Shown: positions 20,620-25,266 of the stretch, in pieces | Numbering within the stretch: position 1 is the stretch's first letter | Layout: every line of letters starts with the position of its first letter | Assembly: GCF_004010195.1 (NCBI RefSeq) | Contig: NC_057720.1 | Coordinates: 19,459,717 to 19,484,982 of the forward strand | DNA from: Chiloscyllium plagiosum | Lineage: Eukaryota | Direction: 5' to 3' | DNA length: 25,266 nucleotides | Position numbers and translations under genes: made by a program | The notes under the pieces: model-generated | The model's input: only the letters and a program-made list of their open reading frames with translations | Databases searched by the model: none | Told to the model about the DNA's origin: nothing

Positions 20620-21312
20620 AGTCTCATCCCCTCCACAGCAGCTTCGAGGGCAGCGTGCGGTGTGGCAGAGAGTCCGGGCCTGCATAAAGGATCTCACATG
20701 CAGAGCCCTTCTCACCACCAGCCAAACCATGTCTTGGTGCTTGTTGGAAAGTTCTGGCGATGAGGCATTCTGCCAAATGACTTTGACAGTCTGCTCAGGG
20801 AACCGCTCGACAGGTCCTCTCCTTTTCTGAAGGGTCTCGAGGACACTACGTGCTGACCACTTGCTGATGGACTTGTGGTCAAAGGTGTTTTTCTTCATAA
20901 ATTTCCCCATGAAGGACAGGTGATATGGAACAGTCCACCTACTTGGAGCATTCCGCAGCAGTGAGGTCAGGCTCATCCTTTGCAACACCGGGGACAGGTA
21001 GAACCTCACTACATATTGACAATTGGTGCTTACGTACCGGGGATCCACGCACAGCTTGATGCAGCCCCACACGAACGTCGCCATCAGGGTGAGGGTAACA
21101 TTAGGTACAGCACAGGTTTGGTTAGGGTGAATCACCGATCCTAGAGCAGACCGGGCCCGGTTGGCGATGACCTTTGACAAGATATTGCAATCTACACTTA
21201 GCAGCAAGATTAGTCGCCAATTTCTAATTTCCTCCCTCTCCCGCTTCTGCTTGTAGATGAAGGTGATGATGCCTTTCCTCATGGATTCGCTCATGGTACC
21301 TGCTAGAAGTAT
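20620..21312 (-). mobile_element. Tx1-type L1-clade ORF2 fragment, internally deleted and truncated at both ends
   Basis: GIITFIYKQK..REEIRNWRLILLLSVDCNILSKVIANR...IHPNQTCAVP (early RT) fused to a C-terminal region ending CPRSCCGGDET (start of the Cys-rich/CCHC motif); GC-richer than flanks. Confidence 0.88.
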
Positions 21313-21974
21313 CCTGTTGCCTTTTGTCTGATTTGCAGCACTTGGAGTGAAATAGATTTGTTACCTACAACATAGGGGTAAGTAGGGGCTAGTTCTTTGG
21401 CTGTGGCCTTTACAGTATGCTAACATTTGAACTCAGGCAGGTACAAATGAAAGTTTTCAGTCAGACTAGTCCACTCCAGTAGAGTTGAAACTGGCTTTTT
21501 AACCCCTATTCTTGTGCATTCTTCGAAGGGAAAAACACAAAATGTCTGAAGTTTGGGATATAATCCAAAGGGGAGTGGCTTGCTGTTGAGCAGGTGTTCA
21601 TCAGCACCTCACTGTCTTTCTAATCACAAGAGTTAACAATGCATTCTGTTTGAAGTTTCTTTGACCCCTTTAGGTGTTAGACCCCATTGATCCACATTGA
21701 ATCTAATGTATACCTGTGGGGGTTATTTTGATTCTGTAGCAGCCCTCTTTTAAAAACCACATTGTCGAATCAGGGCAAAAAATGCCTGTAATGCTTTGGG
21801 ATTCTGACTCATCGTTATAACATTTAGAACATCTGATAATTTACCATAACCTACGGTGTCAGATATATGTAAATGCACAAAGCATGGCAGAAAAGTTAGT
21901 GTGGAATAAATGAATGGTAGTAAAATACTGGAACAATAACAGAAATGCGGCTTAAATACGTTGAACACTGTGTG

Positions 21975-23290
21975 ACCATAAGACTATAAAATATATGAGA
22001 GAATTAGTCCATTTGGCCCATTGAGACTGCTCCACCATTTGATCATGGCTGATATATTTCTCAAACCCATTCCCTTGCCTGCTCCCCATGAACCTTGATC
22101 CCCTTACTAATCAAGAAACTGTCTATCTCAGTCATAAAAACACTCAATGATTGCCCTCCACAGCCTCTGTGGCAATGAGTTCCAAAGATTAACTGCCCTC
22201 TGTCTGAAGAAATTCCTCTTCATCTCAGTTCTAAAGGGTCATGCCTTCACTCTGAGGCTGTGCTTTTAGTCTCTCCTATTACTTCTCCATGTCCAATCAT
22301 TCCAGACCTCTCAGTATTCTGTATGTTTCAATGAAATGTCCCTTTATCCTTCTAAGCTCCATTTAGTACAGACCCAGAATCCTGAACTGCTTCTCAGATG
22401 ACAAGCCCTTCATCCCTGTGATCATTCTTGTAAACATCCTCTGGACTCACTCCCACATCAGTGCATCCTTCCTCAGATATGGGGCCCAAAACTGCTCACA
22501 GTTTTCCAAATGCTGTCTGACTAGAGCCTTATACATCCCTGCTTTTGTAATCTAGCTCTCTCAAAATGAATGCTATTATTGCATTTGCCTTCCTAACTGC
22601 CATCTGAACCTGTATGCTAACTGAAGAGAATTCTGAACTAGAACTCCAAATTCCCTTTGTGCTTCAGATTTCTGAAGCCTTTCCCCATTTAGAAAATAGT
22701 GTATGCCTCAATTCTTCCTACAAAAGTGCAAAACCTCACATTTTCCCACATTGCGTTTCATCTGCCATTTCTTTGCGCAGTTTCTGAGCCTGTCCAAGTC
22801 CTTCTGCAGCTTTTCTGCCTCCTCAACACTGCCTGCCTCTCCGCCTATCTTTGTGTCATCTGCAAACATAGCAAGAATGCCTTCAGTTCCTTCAGTCACA
22901 TAATTAAGGTATATTTTGAATAGTTATGGACCTAACACCTGTGGTAGTCCACTAATCACTGACTGCTATTCTGAAAAATACCCCTTTATCCCACTTTCTG
23001 CCTTCTGCCAATCAGCCAATACTCTATCCATGCCCAGTACCTTGCCCCTAATACTATGGGCTCTTATCTTATTTAGCAGCCTCCTGTGCTTCACCTTGTC
23101 AAAGGCCTTCAGGAAATTCAAATAGATCATGTCCACTGGCTCTCCTTTATCTAACTTACTCATTACCTACTCAAAGAATTCTAACAGATTTGTCAGGCAT
23201 GAACTTACATTGACAAATCCTTACTGAGTCAGCCATATTTTCCCATGCGCTTCCAAGTGCTCTGCAAACTTATCCTTAGTAATGGACTCT
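21975..23290 (-). mobile_element. 5'-truncated CR1 LINE (TCTTATGG-tail family), RT to 3' UTR
   Basis: IYLNFLKAFDKVKHRRLLNKI, MFADDTKIGG, WQMKRNVGKCEVLHF; tail CCATAAGACTATAA at ~21976-21989. Confidence 0.94.
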
Positions 23291-23299
23291 TAATTGAAC

Positions 23300-23639
23300 T
23301 TGCAATTAAATTAAGTTCTATAGATATGAAAGAGAAAGAAATTTTGTGTGAGTAGTGCAAAGCAGTACTTCTGGGATTAAAGGAACTGAATTGACTGGGT
23401 GATCCTCAAACTTTAAAATTGTGTTATATGTAAATAGTTTGATTTATTCCAATTTATTCCATATCTTTTGCATAATACACTTCTGCTTTATTGTTAAAAC
23501 TGAATCTGCAGCATTGCTTATTTGTAATTCACTGAAAGATCACCTTGCTAAAACCAAAAATATAGAAATATGATCTAAGAAGCCAGATTTCAGTCTGGGA
23601 TTTGGCTTGTCCAGTAGTAATATCTGCTGGGTCATAACG
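23300..23639 (+). mobile_element. Possible 3' part of a Gypsy-type solo LTR
   Basis: Ends ...CTGGGATTTGGCTTGTCCAGTAGTAATATCTGCTGGGTCATAAC, similar to remembered fish/shark LTR ends (...ATAACA); no matching 5' end or TSD found. Confidence 0.3.
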
Positions 23640-23649
23640 TTAGTTGTAT

Positions 23650-23980
23650 TCATAGAGTCATAGAGTCATAGAGATGTACAGCACAGAAACAGACCCTTCG
23701 GTTCAACTTGTCCATGCTGAGCAGATATCCCAACCCAATCTAGTCACACCTGCCAGAACCTGGCCCATATCCCTCCAAACCATTCATATACCCATCCAGA
23801 TGCCTTTAAAATGTTGCAATTGTACTAGCCTCCACCACATCCTCTGGCACCTCATTCCATACATGCACCACCCTCTGGGTGAAAAGGTTGCCCCTTAAGT
23901 CACTTTTATATCTTTCCCCTCTCATCCTAAACCTATGCCCTCTAGTTCTGGAATCATCCTTGTAAATCTTTTTTGACCTT
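23650..23980 (-). mobile_element. CR1/HER1 3' fragment with internal deletion
   Basis: (CATAGAGT)n tail; TRGHRFR...LFTQRVVHVWNEVP. Confidence 0.93.
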
Positions 23981-24216
23981 TCATGGAATGTGGGCATCAC
24001 TGGCAAGGCTGGCATTTGTTGCTCATCCCTGGTGATCCTTCAACTGTGTACCTTGCTAGTCCATTTCGGAGGGCAGTTAAGGGTCAAGTGCATTGTTGTG
24101 GTTGAGAGTCACATGTAAAGCAAACCAGGTGAGGTTGGCATATTTCTTTCTCTAAATGACAATGATGACCCTGGGTCTGCAACAATCAATGAATTGTCAT
24201 GGTCACCATTACTGAG
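23981..24216 (-). mobile_element. tRNA-derived SINE (second family) 3' portion, cut by the next CR1
   Basis: TCATGGAATGTGGGCATCACTGGCAAGG...GAGTCACATGTA...ACCAGGT...ATGGTCACCATTACTGAG; similar to 10219-10521. Confidence 0.7.
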
Positions 24217-25060
24217 TCATAGAGTCATAGTCATAGAGATGTACAGCACGGAAACAGACCTTTCAGACCAACTCGCCCATGCCGACCAGATATCTTAATC
24301 TAACCTAGTCTTATTTGCCAGCACTTGGCCTCCATCCCTCTAAACCCTTGCTATTCATATACCCATGCAGATGCCTTTTCAATGTTGCAATTGCACGAGC
24401 CTCCACCATTTCCTCTGGCAGTTCATTCCATACACACACCACCCTCTGCGTGAAAACGTTGCCCCTTAGGTCTCTTTTATATCTTTCCCCTCTCACCCTA
24501 AACCTATCCCCTCTAGTTCTGGACTCCACCACACCAAGGAAAAGACTGCCTATTTACCCTATCCATGCCCCTCATGATTTTATAAACCTCTATAAGGTCA
24601 CCCCTCAGCCTCAGACGCTTAGGGAAAACAGCCCAACCTATTCATCCTCTCCCTATAGCTCAAATCCTCCAAACCTAGCAATATTCTTTTCTGAACCTTT
24701 CATGTTTCACAACACCCTTCCGATAGGAAGGAGACCAGAATTGCATGCAACATCCCAAAGTGGCCTAAACAATGTCCTGTACAGCCACAACATGACCTCC
24801 CTACTCCTGTACTCAATGCTCTGATCAATAAAGGAAAGCATAAAAAATGCCGCCTTCACTATCCTATCAACCTGCGACTCCACTTTCAAGGAACTATGAA
24901 CCTGTACTCCAAGGTCTCTTTGTTCAACAACATTCCCTAGGACCTTACCATCAAGTGTATAAGTCATGCTAAGATTTGCTTTCCCAAAATGCAGCACCTC
25001 ACATTTATCTAAATTAAACTCCATCTTCCACTCCTCAGTCCATTGGCCCATCTGATCAAG
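24214..25060 (-). mobile_element. CR1/HER1 3' portion, interrupted at 25061 by a Penelope element
   Basis: LDQMGQW...MEFNLDKCEVLHFGK, TRGDRFR...VFTQRVVCVWNELP; (CATAGAGT)n tail. Confidence 0.95.
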
Positions 25061-25266
25061 AGGTAAAAACAATGACTGCAGATGCTAGAAACCAGATTCT
25101 GGATCAGTGGTGCTGGAAAAGGACAGCAAGTCAGGCAGCATCCAACGAGCAGCAAAATCGACATTTTGGGCAAACGCCCTTCATCAGGAATGAAGGCAGA
25201 GAGCCTGAAGCGTGGAGAGATAAGCTAGAGGAGGGGGGGGGTGGGGAGAAAGTAGCATAGAGTACA
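25061..25266 (-). mobile_element. Penelope-like pLTR running off the window end, with CpG-decayed hammerhead at 25156-25191
   Basis: Minus strand AUUC-CUGAUGA-A-GGGC(GUUU)GCCC-AAAA-UG-UC-GAUU followed by GATGCTGCCTGACTTGCTG...CATCTGCAGTCATTG. Confidence 0.88.

Noticed and set aside
24315..24824. 169-aa + ORF and similar ORFs at 13273, 20039 and 23674
   Set aside because: Antisense to the CR1 3' region; their mutual similarity only reflects the shared repeat.
25228..25248. G-rich run with G-quadruplex potential
   Set aside because: Ordinary low-complexity part of the Penelope pLTR; too few separate G tracts.

Overview
Eukaryotic, non-genic (intergenic or intronic) DNA, very probably from a shark or other cartilaginous fish. 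This is inferred from HE1-type SINEs, HER1/CR1-type LINEs and shark-type Penelope pLTR sequences, recognised by eye with no database search. Well over half of the window is decayed, nested retroelements. These comprise about 15 CR1-clade LINE copies (one near full length at ~15990-20400, with a zinc-finger/SGNH-esterase ORF1 and an APE-RT ORF2), a Penelope-like element with its GIY-YIG endonuclease, seven short Penelope pLTR pieces, a Tx1-type L1 fragment, L2 tails and several SINE families. There is a 179-N assembly gap. No host exon can be called with confidence, and nearly all listed ORFs are retroelement remnants or their antisense shadows. The most interesting signal is a set of eight minimal hammerhead-ribozyme motifs (CUGANGA-A-helix II-GAAA-palindromic helix III) from at least three Penelope families. 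One copy (3685-3712) is intact and forms the loop of a 63-bp inverted repeat whose right arm starts exactly at the predicted cleavage site. The fully visible short insertions all begin in or next to the ribozyme. Other items worth a look are a 147-bp orphan, stop-free insertion with a 20-bp target duplication, an in-frame internally deleted Tx1 ORF2, and local duplications.
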